Below, piece after piece: positions 38,401 through 52,960 of a stretch of 64,000 bases of DNA. The notes below the pieces were generated by a model. The model ran no database searches. It had not been told where the DNA came from and worked only from the letters and a program-made list of their open reading frames with translations. The position numbers were made by a program, and so were the translations under genes. The number at the start of each line of letters is the position of its first letter. Within the stretch, counting starts at the first letter, position 1. The DNA is taken from the NCBI GenBank assembly GCA_010093815.1, contig ML996569.1; one strand, 5' to 3'. This stretch comes from Pseudovirgaria hyperparasitica (Eukaryota).

Positions 38401-41400
38401 GATTGAAATCTTTCGAGTAGTAAGACGTGGAACACGTTATGGATTCTTATATCGCTTCCTAAGTCGAGCTTATAGACTCTTATACTAATACGACGTTTGA
38501 TTCGGAAGGGACCAGCCATTTTATAATTAAGCTTCTTATTTACTTACGATGTTCGTATATTACGGACGTTAAGAAGGACCTTATCGCCCTCCTCGTACGT
38601 CTAATCCTTAGCTAATCTATTATAGTAATTTATATACGAGTCGTTTACTTATTAGATTATAGCGCGATAGTTATGTATGGTTTCGAAGATTTTAATCGCT
38701 AATTTCTAAGCGTGGACGTTCACGTCTATTATTCGATTAAATTAGACCGTCTAAGGCTTAAAACCTATCCTTAGACTACGTCCGAGGTTCGCCTAGAAAG
38801 GTATAATATCTATTATACTATAACGACTATTATTATATACGAACTCTACTATACTTAGTAGGGAGGCCTAGTCGTCCTACTCGAAATTATAGAATATACA
38901 TAGGTAGGCCTCGAGCGTCTAGTTCTATCACTCTATCTAGCTATCCGTCTAAGGATAAAATACTATAGATATATTTCTATTTATACTTACTATTTCGTAG
39001 AATAACATCTAGAATTTAGACGTGAAGGTACTTCCTCGGTCCGTAACGATTCTTTTTAGTATACTATAGACCTTAATAATCTCGTTCTAGAACACCTACG
39101 CTAGTTCTTTAGATGTAATCGTCTTCTATACCGGGATATACCTAGATATCTTTATAAGTCTATCCACGATAATAAGAATAGAATTATAACTTATCCTAAG
39201 TATCTCGCTTAGAGGTAAGTTAACTATAAAGTCTATAGTAACGTCTTCCTATATAAAGAGAGGGGCTAAAAGAGGCTATAAATTCCTATATGGCTTATGT
39301 CTAGGGGCCTTCATTCTTTAATAAATCGGATAAGTAGCTATCTATTCTTTAATGTACTTAGGTATATCTTCCTAAAAATAGTACTAACGAATTAAGCTTA
39401 GGGTACGTATATACCTAAAGTATTCTACTAGGTTAGCGTTATAGTATCGGCTAACTACATTAAATCGCGCGTTACCCGTCGGTATATAGTACTTTCTATT
39501 ATAGTAAAGTAAGCCGTCCACGAAGGTCTACTTATAGTCTACTTTAGTCCGTAATAACCTATCTTACTATATTTTATGTAACTTTAAAACTATCGGGTCT
39601 ATCTTCTATAGATCTATAATTAACTAGGCGAGGTTAATTAGATATTCACGCTAGGCATTATCGCCCTTCCTAATAGCGCTAATAAATAGCCTACTAGAGA
39701 CTTCGGTACCGCGTCTTTAGTTACCGGCTTTGGTCTTAGAGATTCGATTACCAGTATTAACGTTAGCATCTTGCTAATCGCCTAATAACTTAAAATCTAA
39801 CCTCGTCCTTAAGAGTTAGGCCTATAGCTACTCTAGGACCCTATGGCTACTATAATTCTAGGCGCCTTCTTTATAGTTAGGTCTTCTTAACATCCTATTA
39901 GCTAGGTTTATACTTCTAGGTTAATAGTAGATTATAAAGTGAAAGTTCGTAAGCCACTTAGCCTATTAGACCTATTAACGGTTTAAAACCGTCATGCTTA
40001 TAAACCTCTTTAAGTTATAGTAATTAGTTAGTAACTCGACGTTATATATAGTACCTTTAAGATAATATCGCTACTATTTAAACGACTCTACTATTACTAG
40101 TAGCTCTTAGTTATAGATAGTATATCTAGTCTTAATATCGACCATTTTACGTGAGAAGAACATAACTAGATACTATTAGACCTTTTTAGACTTAGTTAGT
40201 CTAGGCTAGGAGAGAATATCTAAGATTATAAATCCTAACGCGTCGGTTTCGATATAGATAGGTTTAGTTAGGTCGAAGTACACTAGTAATAGGGTAGTTA
40301 TAAATGCCTCTTTGATTTTCTTAAAGAAGGCCCTTTCGCCTTCTAATAATTCTATAGACTATGATTTAATATTATACTATTTCTATCTACCGCGGACCGT
40401 AATAGACGAATCTATAGTAGTAGTACGCGCGTTAAGCGGTACTACTAGCTAGGAGAAATACTTAACGAATTTTTAGTAGTAATTAGCGAATCTAATAAAG
40501 ACACGTATATCTTAAACCGATTTTAGTTTAGGCTAGTCCACGATAGTAGCGACTCTATCCCTTTCTATGGTTATACCTTGATTAGTAATAACGAAGCTAA
40601 GGAAGTTAACGTGGTCCTAGTGGAACTCGTATTTAGATAGCTTAATATATAGCTTATATTTTTCTAGTCTATCTAGGACTACGCGTATATACTAGATATA
40701 TTCTTCTTCGTTATTAGAGAAGATAAGGATATTATTAAGGTATACGATGCACGTCGTGTTAAGTAGGTCTACTAGCGCGTTATTAATATACGCTTAGAAG
40801 GTTCCTAGCGCGTTAGTTAGTCTAAAAGGGACTACTATATACTCGAAGTATCTATAACGGGTCCTAAACGCCGTTTTCTACTTATCGCCCTTCTTAATAT
40901 ATAGGCGGTAGTAGATATCGCGTAGATCGAGCTTAGTAAAGATCTTCACGCGCCCTAGTCTATTAATAGACTTAGAGATAAGAGGTAGTAGATAATAATT
41001 CTTTCGTGTAATATTATTTAGGCTACGGTAGTTAATATATAGACGGAGACTCCTATCCTTCTTCTTTATAAAGAGGATTAGAGCTCCGGCTAGAGATATA
41101 CTAGGCCTAATCTATTCTCGTGTAAGGTTCTTTTCGATATATTCTTAGAGGACCTATAGCTCGGGTTCTAATAGAGGGTAGATAGGTCCGTATAGGGGTT
41201 ATTAACCATCTTCAAGGTTAATAGTAAGGTCAGTAGATTAGTATTAAGGTAATTCGGACGAGTCGATCGCTAACGCGATATATTAGTATATTTTATACTA
41301 ATATAGTAGGTTTTCGTCTACTTTAATACTAAGCTCTCTATTTTAAGTAAGTAAGAGGACGTAGATAGCGGAGATTACCTTTTTATAGTCCTTCTAGAAT

Positions 41401-43522
41401 TATTCGTCGTTGACTAGCTATACTAGATTCTATTATAGTAGGTACATACGCCAGCCAGCTGTTTTCTAGATGAAGTCTAGTTTCGGGTTATGTTTTTCGA
41501 GCTACGGTATACCGAGAATCATGTTAAAGGGACTATCTACCACGATAAAGGTTAAGTAGTAGGGTTTCTACTTCCCCCCGCTATCCTAGATACTATATTT
41601 AATAGTATAGGTACCCTATAATTTAATAGAACCGTCGATACTATAGAAGGTAGTATCTATTAGTACTTAAATATCGACGTTAAGTTCTCGTACTCGTTAA
41701 GTTAATATAACGTTAGTAGCTAAACCGCTATTAAGTATTATAGTCTAATGTTATCCATGAGGGACCTCGATAGGCCTAGCCTATAGTTTAATATACTAGT
41801 TAGCTAGTTATCCCTCTATTTTAGTTACGCCTATAAGTCGCGAGGGTTCCTTATAGATAGTTAGTTTTTTATATTATATACCGGGTAGTTAGGCGCGATA
41901 TGTCCTAGCTACTAGTACTTATAGTATATAACTAACTTAGTATCTATATTAGTATTCGGTAGTTTCCCTAAGCGGCACTCGGGTACTATATAGCCTATCC
42001 TACTATAGGTATAGTAGGTAACTTTAGGTTATTTATACGAGTCGTTTCTCGCGTCTCGATATATCGACTAGTAGAAAGATCCGTAGTACGGGCCTCGTCT
42101 TCTCGAGTTCGTAGAGTAGTAGCGCCTACGAGGTATTCCGCACGATCTATTACTAAACCGGTCCTCTTTAGACGATTTTATATCGGATTAGATTAATAGG
42201 GATAGTCGTGCGCCTATACGACGTTAGTTATTTATTATATACTAATATCGTTCTACGAGATTCGTGAGTGCCTAAAGGTTAGTAGAGATAGATATTATAA
42301 GGTCGATACGTTCCTTTACGCTTGGGTTAAGGGACCTTTTAAAGTCGTCGTATTATCGAACTATACAATCTTCCTTAGCTTCTCTCTAAAGAGGTCGGAG
42401 GTATTCAAGAAGTTATAACGGGGATTATCTCTCTCGCTATTAAGTCTTAAAGATATGGCTCTAAGCCTATTTACGTCGCTCGGCTCTATTACTAAAGTAT
42501 TAAAGAAGGAATTTAGTAAACGTGTTCTAGTTATACACATCCTTAGGGTGTTTAATTCGATGTACTATCTAACGTTTAGATGGCGTTAGGTCTAGGTAGT
42601 TCTATACGAACCTAATCTTATTACTATCGTTCATGAATAGATAGAAGAATCAGCTATACTAGTAAGCCTATTTATAAAAGCTCCTCCTGGTTTTACCGTC
42701 GAAGTAAGGTAGTTTCTTAGGCTAAGGTAACTAGGATAGTAATAGACTTAGTTAGACTGTTTCGGCTTAAGTTAATCTATATTAGTATAGATTAGTTACT
42801 ACTAGTACTAAAGCGCGTAGTACGGCTTCAAGTCTAGCGGTTTATCCTCACGCTTCGTCAAGTTCACAAAGTTACTACTCAAGCTAAGCCTAACGCTACC
42901 TCTCCGTGTATAGCTTAGTATATATATTATCGTAAGGCGTGGTTAACGTTAGTCGGTTCTAACGAATTAATTCGTTAACGTTAATAGGGTCTAGTCTTAT
43001 AGTAAGGATAGGTCTAGTATAGTATAAACTAGACCGCGATAGAGTATAATAGACTCCTTCCTTATTATCTAGGTAATCTTTCACGGTTATATAGAATACC
43101 GTACTAGTTATTAGTGCGATAGCCTATAGGGTATACTTATTAGTGGAGGTGGTTATAGAGAGACTATTCTCTTCGTTTAGATTTAGAGAGAGTCTCTTAT
43201 ATAAGGTAGTACCACGGGTATTATAGCGCGTAGTAGGAGCTATCTCTATAAGCTACTATTATACTATATAGAGAGGAATTAAAATATAAAGAGTAAAGAC
43301 GTAGGATAGTAGTCTAATAGTTCATAGAGAGACATAGGAATATATTTATAGAGTAATCTTACTCTTATATAAGGTTGATTTCTAACGAGTAGGAATTGGT
43401 TTATACGGTCTACTTATATAGTAACCTCGCTTAACTTAGCTAACTCAACCCAGCTCTGGCCACTACGTGGCTACATGGATTAGAATAGTCCATATAGGTC
43501 CGTTGTGGTTCCCGTCCTAACA
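35480..43522 (-). mobile_element. Ty3/Gypsy chromovirus copy 1 (subfamily A), full length, RIP-inactivated
   Basis: 238-bp LTRs 35480-35717 and 43285-43522; TSD CTAGC; minus-strand gag-PR-RT-RH-IN-chromodomain relics collinear with copy 3. Confidence 0.93.
36197..37509 (+). pseudogene. RIP-mutated antisense accessory gene of Gypsy copy 1
   Basis: Homologous to 59767-61071; ATG mutated to ATA; intron positions conserved. Confidence 0.75.
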
Positions 43523-44494
43523 CTAGCGCGTATACTAGGCCTATTATAGCTAGTTTAGTTTATCTTTCGTAAGGTAGATACCTATAACGCGTAAGGGTAC
43601 GCGCCTTTAAAAAGGGGAGATATTATTAGATACGTGCCTACTAGTTAATTATACATATATATAGTAGTTATATATAAGTAGTATACTCTACCCTTGAAGT
43701 AGTAGCTTTAAGATTCGGTCCTTTTAGTATAGTTGGTTGGTGCGTGGAGCCCGCCTCCTTATATAAATATAAGGATTATAGATGTAGAATAGTAGTCTAA
43801 TAGGTTATAGGAGGATTCGGGAATATATTTAAAAGGGTAGTCTACTCTCTTAATAAGGTTAATTCCTAAAGAGTAGGAATTAAGTATATACGGCCTACTT
43901 ATATAGTAGTCTCGCTTATTCTAGCTGGCTTACCCTAGGTCCACCTATTACGGACTATACTAGACTATAGTATTCTAGTTAAGTCTATTCTAGTATTAGC
44001 CCTAATAATATTCTTCTTCTTTTTATGCTTCGCCCTAAAGTACTTAGCTATATATAAATCTATAATTCTATAAGCGTTATATTTATACGCGTATCTAATT
44101 AAATCTATATAACGTTATTAATAGTCTTTATATTAGTAAACTTAAGCTCTAGTTTACTTTTATTTATATACGCGCTTATCTCTCACTTTATAGCTACTAC
44201 CTTAGAGGTAGCTCCGCGGGTTATATAACTACTATATTAACTAAGCTTATATTTAGTTCTCTTATTCTAAATTTTCTTCTCTAGTATATCTATCTTACTC
44301 TTAAGGTAAGTCGTTAATTTATATACTATCTCCTTTAGTTTAGATCCGTTCGGGTCTAGAGTAGTCTATTTTAGTTAGAGCTGGTTCTATATAATCTATT
44401 TGCGTTATTATAGTTACTAATTTAGCTTCTTTAATTACTTTTAAGGCTAAATAAGTATTCTACTCTTAGATCTCTAGCTAATATATATATATAG

Positions 44495-45799
44495 ATATCT
44501 AATACTAGTCCTATTTCTAAGCCTACCTCCTCCTCTCGTAAGACTTACTCTAAAGAGATTATCTCTACCCCGGCTATACCGACTAAAAAATCTACTTATT
44601 ATAGTAGTATAAAGGCGCGCTCTAAGTTAGAGAAGAAGGTAGCTAAGGCTACTACTACTATTACTACTAATATAGCCACTAGTTGCTCTAATCTAGGTAA
44701 TTCTAGTACTAGTATTACGGAAGAGGTAGCTATAAAGCCTATCTATACCTACTTGCGCCGCCTATCTACTCTATTTTCTTTAGAGGATAAAGAAGATCTT
44801 ATTATAGATAATAATTAAGAGTTTACGTCTTCGCCGCCTCGCTCTAAACACCGTTCCTCTTTTTAGTCTAATATAGACCGACTTAGTTACTCTAGGTCCT
44901 TTTAGGACCTTAATATTTACTCTAAACCTAGCCCTAGTAATAATAAGGTCTAGGTCGCCGAAGATACTAAACGTAGTTATAGTTTACGCTATAGGAAAAC
45001 GGCGAACTACGGTTTAATATACTTTAAGTATATTAAGGCTCACGCTACCGGCTCTAAATATCTCTTCCACTCTAACTCTAGTATTAGCTACTACTCTACT
45101 AACTACGACGGGCCTATATACCTAATCTTTAAGCTCCCTATCTACTACCGCCGCTATACTATCCTTAGTAAAGTTTATCTTTAGGTAAGTCTATTAGGCT
45201 ATTTTAGTCTAGGGTAATCTAAAGTCGTCCATGCTAATACGTTTTTAGATTTCTATTTATATATAAGATATATATAACGATCTTCGCGTCCGCGAGACTC
45301 TTAGTAGTTCTAGCAGTTACCTAGCTTCTATACGTAGGGAGTTTAGAGAGTACTATAAGCTCTTCCTAGAGGTTATTAAAGTATAAGTTTAGAAACCGTT
45401 AATTATTATTAACCTTAGCTTATAATTTTTAGTCGCCGCGAGATTCCTAGCGCTTAGACTACCTATTCTAGGGAGTTGGTTTTAGCTACTAAGGCCGTAG
45501 AAGAGATTTATACTATTTCTTTCCGCCCGCCTTATACTACTAACGGGTCTTATAAGAGATCTACTAGTTCTCCTTCTAAGTTACCTTATAAGAGGGTATA
45601 TATTCTATTCTAGATTATTCTAGACCGTGTTAGCTAACTTTAGGTCTAATCGCTCCGCTCTAGCGCTTAGTTATTATCTTACTAGGCTCTAACTAAGCGC
45701 GTGGTTACTCTAGAGGATAAGGTCTCTAACCTCCGTTACTCTATTACTTAGTTAGTTCGTTCGCTATACTCTAAGAGTAATAATAAGATAGAGGAGTAG
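44495..45799 (+). pseudogene. RIP-mutated antisense accessory gene of Gypsy copy 2
   Basis: Near-identical to the reverse complement of 59767-61071 apart from transitions; intron donor GTAAGT retained at ~45185. Confidence 0.78.
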
Positions 45800-48700
45800 C
45801 TCTATAGCTCTATTTACTAGGGTTTCTATATAGTATGTATTAGCTCTATCTACCTGGTTTCTATCCGTTTTAGTCCTTTTTAGACCGTTTAGATACCTAT
45901 CTACTAGTTTTCTAGTAATTTAATTCTTAACTTAATAATATTATGTACGTTCTTATTTATTCTATAACTATTAAATTTTAGGTTCTAATTTCCTTTAAGT
46001 TACTTAAGTATAGGTATCGTATATAAATTAGTTTATCTCTCTAAATTATATTAGAGTACCCGAACTAGTAGCCTAGTGGTTATTAGTTCGGGTACTCTAA
46101 CCTTTTATATTATATATTACGAGTTTAATTCCGTAGTAGGGTACCTTTTTAGTTTCTTAGTCCTATATTCTTCTCGTATATAATAGTCTATATTAGTCCA
46201 TTCTAGACTTCTCTATATTATTCTATTATAATATATCGCGTCGTGTACCTATAACGGTTATTTACGTTTTCTTCGCGTTTAGTAACCATGCATCGCTTAA
46301 ATTATGGGGCTGCCTTATAGAGTTTTTCTAGTGTACGTTTAGAATTCGTAATTCGATACTTTATTCTCTATAGTATTCTTCTTCTTTTTATAACGGCCCC
46401 GACGGCGCTAGGTTTACGGTAGTAACGTGTTATCCTATAACCTCTATTTATATATAGCTATCGCGGTACTTAAGATATATACTATAGGTTTCTAGGTGTC
46501 CTTATCCTCGGTGTAGTTCTTCCAACGAATTTAATACTTTTAGATACCGTTCTCGTCGAGCCCATGTTCGATAATATAGTCTACTTTATATACGTCTAGT
46601 CTATCTTAGGGTATAATAGAGTATAATTATACGTTCGTGCGTTTATACACGTTAGGTTAAAACCTTTTAAGTAATAAGACGTGGAATATATTATAGACTT
46701 TTATATTATTTCCTAGGTCGAGCTCGTAGGCTCTTATACTAATATAACGTTTAATTCGGAAGGGACTAGCCATTTTATAATCGAGCTTTTTATTTACTCG
46801 CGATATTTATATATTATAGACGTTAAGAAGGACTTTGTCTCCCTCCTTATACGCTTAATCTTTAACTAACCTATTATAGTACTTTATATATGACTTATTC
46901 GCTTACTAGATTATTACGTAATAGTTACGTGCGGTTTTAAAGATTTTAATTGCTAGTTCCTACGTATAGACGTTAACATCTATCGTTCGGTTAAACTAGA
47001 CTATATAAGGTTCGAAATCTATCCTTAGACTATATTCTAGGTTTGCCTAGAAGGGCGTAATACCTATTATACTATAACGACTATTATTATACGCGAATTC
47101 TACTATACTTAGTAGAGAGGCCTAGTTATCTTATTTAAAATTATAGAATGCACGAAGGTAGGCCTCGAGCGTTTGGTTCTATCGCTCTATCTAACTATCT
47201 ATTTATAGATGGAATACTATTAATATGTTTCTATTTATACTAGCTATTTCGTAGAATAACGTCTAGAATTTAGACGTGAATATACTCCCTCGGTCCGTAA
47301 CGATCCTTTTTAGTATACCATAGACCTTAATAATCTTATTCTAGAATACTTATACTAGTTCTTTTAATATAATTATCTTCTATATAGGGATATACCTAGA
47401 CATCTTTATAAGTCTATCTATGATAATAAGAATTAAATTATAACTTATTCTAAGCATCTTGCTTAGAGGTAAGTTAACTATAAAATCTATAGTAATATCT
47501 TCCTATATAAAGAGGGGGACTAGTAGAGGCTATAAGTTCCTATATGGCTTATGCCTAGGTACCTTTATTCTTTAATAAATTAGATAAGTAGCTATCTATT
47601 CTTCGACGTACTTAGGTATATCTTTCTAAAAATAGTACTAATAAATCGAGCTTAGGGTGCGTATATACCCAAAATATCCTATTAGGTTAGTGTTATAGTA
47701 TCGGCTAACTATAGTAAATCGTGCGTTACCCGTCGGTATATAGTACTTTCTATTATAGTAGAGTAAGCTATCTATAAAGGTCTACTTATAGTCTACTTCG
47801 GTCTATAATAACCTATCTTACTATATTTTACGTAACTTTAAAACTATCGGGTCTATCTTTTATAGATCCACGATTAACTAGGCGAGGTCTACTTAATATA
47901 CACGCTAGGTACTATCGCCCTCCCTAATAGCGCCGATAAATGGCTCGCTAGGGACTTTGGTACTACGTCTTTAGTTACCGGCTTCGGTCTTATAAATTCG
48001 ATTACCGGTATTAGCGTTAGTATCTTACTAATTATTAGATAACTTATTATCTAATCTCGTCCTTAAGAGTTAGGCCTATAGCTACTCTAGGACCCTATAG
48101 CTACTATAATTCTAGGCGTCTTCTTTATAGTTAGGTCTTCTTAATATTCTATTAGCTAGGTTTATACTTCTAGGTTAATAGTAGATTATAAAGTAGAAAT
48201 TTATAAGCTACTTAGCCTATTAAATCTATTAACGATTTAAAACTATCGTGCTTATAAACCCCTTTAAGTTATAGTAATTAGTTAGTAACTTAACGTTATA
48301 TATAGTACCTTTAAGATAATATCGCCACTACTTAAACAACTCTACTATTACTAGTAGCTCTTAGTTATAAATAGTATATCTAGTCTTAACATCAGCTATC
48401 TTACACAAGAAGAACGTAACTAGATACTATTAGACCTTTTTAGACTCTATTAGTCTAGGCTAGAAGAGTATACCCGAGATTATAAATCCTAATATATTAG
48501 TTTCGACGCGAATAGGTTTAGTTAGATTAAAGTATACTAGTAATAGGGCGGTTATAAATACTTCTTTAATCTTCTTGAAGAATATTCTTTCGACCTTAGT
48601 TAATTTAATAGATTATGATTTAATATTACGCTATTTCTATCTACTACGGACCGTAATAGACGAGTTAGTAGTAGTAGTATACGTATTAAGTAGTGCGGCT

Positions 48701-49187
48701 AAACGGGAGAAGTATTTAATAAATTTTTAGTAGTAGTTAGCGAAGCTAATAAAGACACGTATATCTTAAACGGATTTTAGTTGAGGCTAGTCTATAATAG
48801 TAGTAACTCTATCTTTCTCTATGGTTATATCTTAATTAGTAATAACGAAGCTAAGAAAGTTAATATAGTCCTAATAGAACTCGCATTTGGATAGCTTAAT
48901 ATATAGCTTATACTTTTCTAGTCTATCTAGAACTATATATATATGCTAGATATACTCCTCCTTATTATCTAAGAAGATAAGGATATTATCTAGGTACATG
49001 ATATATATCGTATCGAGTAGGCCTACTAGCATGTTATTAATATACGCTTAGAAGGTGCCTAGCGCGTTAGTTAGTCTAAAAGGGACCATAGTATACTTAA
49101 AGTATCTATAACGGGTCCTAAAAGCCGTTTTTTATTCGTCGCCTTCCTTAATACGAAGGCGATAGTAGATATTATATAGATTAAGCT

Positions 49188-51434
49188 CCCGAACGACAAA
49201 GCGCCCGGGCTAGACGGAATTCCGAATCGATGCCTTAAGAGGACCATATAGGCGACCTTACCGATTATAGGCCATATATTCCGAGCGTGCGCCCGTATAG
49301 GATACTACCTATAGAGCTTCTAAACCGTATATATAGTTATACTCCTAAAACTAGGGAAGAGCCTAAACACGCCGAAGGGATGGAGGCCGATCGCCCTCCT
49401 CTCCTACCTTAGTAAGGTACTAGAAGCTACGATTACTAAGAAGATAAGTATAGTAGTATAGGTACACGGCCTTCTCCTAGTAAACCAGAAGGCGAAGGTA
49501 GGAAGCTCCCTAATCATAGCCATTTAATATATCCTTAAGGTCATCTAGACTATATAGAAATAAGAACGAGTCGTTACGCTACTCTCCCTAGACATAGTAG
49601 AGGCGTTTAATAAGGTAAACCATATAAGACTTATCTATAACCTCCGGATAAGGCGAATACCTAAGTGGATTATACGATTTATATAGTCCTTCCTCGCGTA
49701 AAGGACTACTTAAATATATATCCCCGGATACCGAAGCGAATATAAGAAGACGGTATACGGTATCCCGTAAGGGAGTACTATCTCCCCGATTCTCTTCCTC
49801 TTCTTTATAGTAGACCTCCTTTAGAGAATAGAATATATAGAGGTAGTTAGATACGCGGACGATATATACCTCCTCGCGGTCGATAGTAGTACTAGTAGAA
49901 TATATACACGACTCGAACAAGACCACGAGAAATGCGTCTAGTAGATAAAGCGCTATGGAGTAAAATTCGCACCTGAAAAATACTAGCTTATATACTTTAT
50001 TAACTACTATAGAGGATAGACTACTAGGGAGAGGGCACGTCGCCCCTAAATCGACGCCTTTATAGAACTACTAGTATAGAGTATATAAGCACTCGGCGTT
50101 ATAATCGATAATAAGCTAAAATAGGGACCATAGGTGGTATACGCCGTCTCTAGAGCCCTCTAGATAGAAACCGCTATATACCGGATTACGGTATCCACGT
50201 GGGGAATAGCCCGGGATAAGGCGAGATAGCTATACGTCTCCCTAGCACGCCTAGCCTTTATATACGGACACGAGTACTAGTATACGGCCCTTACATAAGC
50301 TCGGCGGGTAAAGCTTAAGTCCATATAAAACCGTATACTCCGCCTTATCTCCGGCGTATATAAAGCTACTAACACGACGCTCCTCTAACGCGAGATAAAC
50401 GTAACGAGTATATAGAACTTCTACTAGATATAGAGACTTATATACTTTACTAAATAATAAGTATAAGAACGTGGAGAAGATAGGGTATATACCTTCGCCG
50501 TACTACGTACACGTATCCGCGCGTATTACTAGGCCCTCCCTACTATAGAATAAACTCGAGTATAATATAAATACTATATAGAGGCGGACTCGAGCTAGAC
50601 CGTATAGGAGGTTCGAAATAACCCAGATACCGTCCCGAGCTAATAGAGCCCTAAGGAGCTTAGCCGCGTTATATAGTTATAGATGTAGGATAAATAGAGG
50701 GAGGTACTTAAAGCCTAGTGGGCCTCCTAATAGGATAGGTATCTAGAATAGATCTGAGGGCCTTAGAAGGAACTAAGTAAATAGATGTATAAAGGGCTAA
50801 CGAAGGCCTAAGCATCTATACTCCTCTAAGCCTAAATAGGTACTATAGGTCTCCTATATTACCTCTACTAGAGAGGCGTCCTAGATATATCTTCCTAGTA
50901 TAAGGACTACGGCCGGAGAGGTATAATACGCCACTACCTCGCGACGTACTCTAGCCTCTATACTCTAAGATAAGCCCTTATCCGTATAATAAGGACCTCT
51001 AATATTACGCGATAGCTTAATAAGTACTCTAAGGATATCGCCCGATAGATGCTCGTATACCTTCCTCTCCCCTAGTTCTAGTAGACCCGCGTATATATAC
51101 TAGAAGAAGCCTAATATATGCCGGAAGAACCCCGGTATACGTCGGAAGAACCCCGGGAGAACCGCGATTATTAGTTAAGGGCAGCCCTTAACTAATAATC
51201 TCCGTACCTACACGTGCTACCTAAGGGTAAACCATTATAATATAGGCTATAGGCCTATAGGTAGCCCCTAGGGCTATATATATATAAAGAACGAGAGGAT
51301 AGATAGAGCGTAGTTATGGATATAAGGGAGTTTTTCCTATTCGTAGGTTTCTTCTTATATAGTAGCTTAGACTAGAGGAGGCATGCGCCTATAGAGTGGT
51401 ACTCTACCTAGTTTACTAATATTATTATTATTAT
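49188..51434 (+). mobile_element. 5'-truncated non-LTR retrotransposon (LINE, probably Tad1 clade), RIP-mutated
   Basis: Starts at PNDKAPGLDGIPN, followed by WRPIALLSYLSKVLE, GIP*GSTISPILF and YADD. Has a C-terminal CCHC-like relic, a (TAT)n tail and a 13-bp TSD TATAGATTAAGCT (49175-49187 and 51435-51447). Confidence 0.92.
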
Positions 51435-52201
51435 TATAGATTAAGCTTAGTAAAGATCTTTACGCGTTCTAGTCTATCGATAGACTTAGAGATAAGAGGT
51501 AGTAGATAATAATTCTTTCGTGTAATATTATTTAGGCTATAGTAGTTAATATATAGACGGAGACTCCTATCCTTCTTCTTTATAAAGAGGATTAGAGCTC
51601 CGGCTAGAGATATACTAGACCTAATCTATCCTCGCGTAAGGTTCTTTTTAATATATTCTCGAAGGGCTTATAACTCAGGTTCTAAAAGAGGGTAGATGGG
51701 TCTATATAGAGGTTACTAGCTATCTTTAAGATTAATAGTAAGGTCGGTAGGTTAGTATTAAGGTAGTTTAGAGGAATTAATTACTAACGTGATATATTAG
51801 TATATTTTATACTAATGTAGTAGGTTTTCGTCTACTTTAATACTAAGCTTACTATTTTACGTAAGTAAGAGTACGTAGATAGTAGAGATCGCCTTCTTAT
51901 AATCTTTCTAGAATTATTCGTTGTCGATAAGCTATACTAGTTCCTATTAAGATAGATTTATACGCTAGCTAGCTATCTTCTTAAGGAAGTCTAGTTTTAG
52001 GTTATATTTCTTAAGCTACGGTATACCTAGAATTATATTAAAGGGACTATCTACCACGATAAAGGTTAAGTAGTAGAGTTTCTATTTCCCTCCGCTATCC
52101 TACATTAGGAAAGATACAGCGCTCCCAAGTACTCCTAAGTACTCCCTAAGTATTCTTTCATCCTATTATATCCATCGGGCGGACCTACTTACTATCTATC
52201 C

Positions 52202-52960
52202 NNNNNNNNNNNNNNNNNNNNNNNNNNNNNNNNNNNNNNNNNNNNNNNNNNNNNNNNNNNNNNNNNNNNNNNNNNNNNNNNNNNNNNNNNNNNNNNNNNN
52301 NNNNNNNNNNNNNNNNNNNNNNNNNNNNNNNNNNNNNNNNNNNNNNNNNNNNNNNNNNNNNNNNNNNNNNNNNNNNNNNNNNNNNNNNNNNNNNNNNNNN
52401 NNNNNNNNNNNNNNNNNNNNNNNNNNNNNNNNNNNNNNNNNNNNNNNNNNNNNNNNNNNNNNNNNNNNNNNNNNNNNNNNNNNNNNNNNNNNNNNNNNNN
52501 NNNNNNNNNNNNNNNNNNNNNNNNNNNNNNNNNNNNNNNNNNNNNNNNNNNNNNNNNNNNNNNNNNNNNNNNNNNNNNNNNNNNNNNNNNNNNNNNNNNN
52601 NNNNNNNNNNNNNNNNNNNNNNNNNNNNNNNNNNNNNNNNNNNNNNNNNNNNNNNNNNNNNNNNNNNNNNNNNNNNNNNNNNNNNNNNNNNNNNNNNNNN
52701 NNNNNNNNNNNNNNNNNNNNNNNNNNNNNNNNNNNNNNNNNNNNNNNNNNNNNNNNNNNNNNNNNNNNNNNNNNNNNNNNNNNNNNNNNNNNNNNNNNNN
52801 NNNNNNNNNNNNNNNNNNNNNNNNNNNNNNNNNNNNNNNNNNNNNNNNNNNNNNNNNNNNNNNNNNNNNNNNNNNNNNNNNNNNNNNNNNNNNNNNNNNN
52901 NNNNNNNNNNNNNNNNNNNNNNNNNNNNNNNNNNNNNNNNNNNNNNNNNNNNNNNNNNNN
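52202..52960. other. Assembly gap (N run)
   Basis: Run of n bases. Confidence 1.

Larger units (their letters stand above)
35114..43763 (+). mobile_element. TRIM copy 2, split by Gypsy copy 1
   Basis: 140-bp LTRs 35114-35253 and 43624-43763. Interior halves 35254-35479 and 43528-43623 match TRIM copy 1 in reverse complement. PPT AAAAAGGGGAGA precedes the 3' LTR. Confidence 0.88.
43768..52102 (-). mobile_element. Ty3/Gypsy chromovirus copy 2 (subfamily B); interrupted by a LINE and broken in the protease region before the gap
   Basis: 3' LTR 43768-44007 is the reverse complement of the copy 3 LTR, followed by the PPT. Homology to copy 3 pol ends at 52102. Confidence 0.9.
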
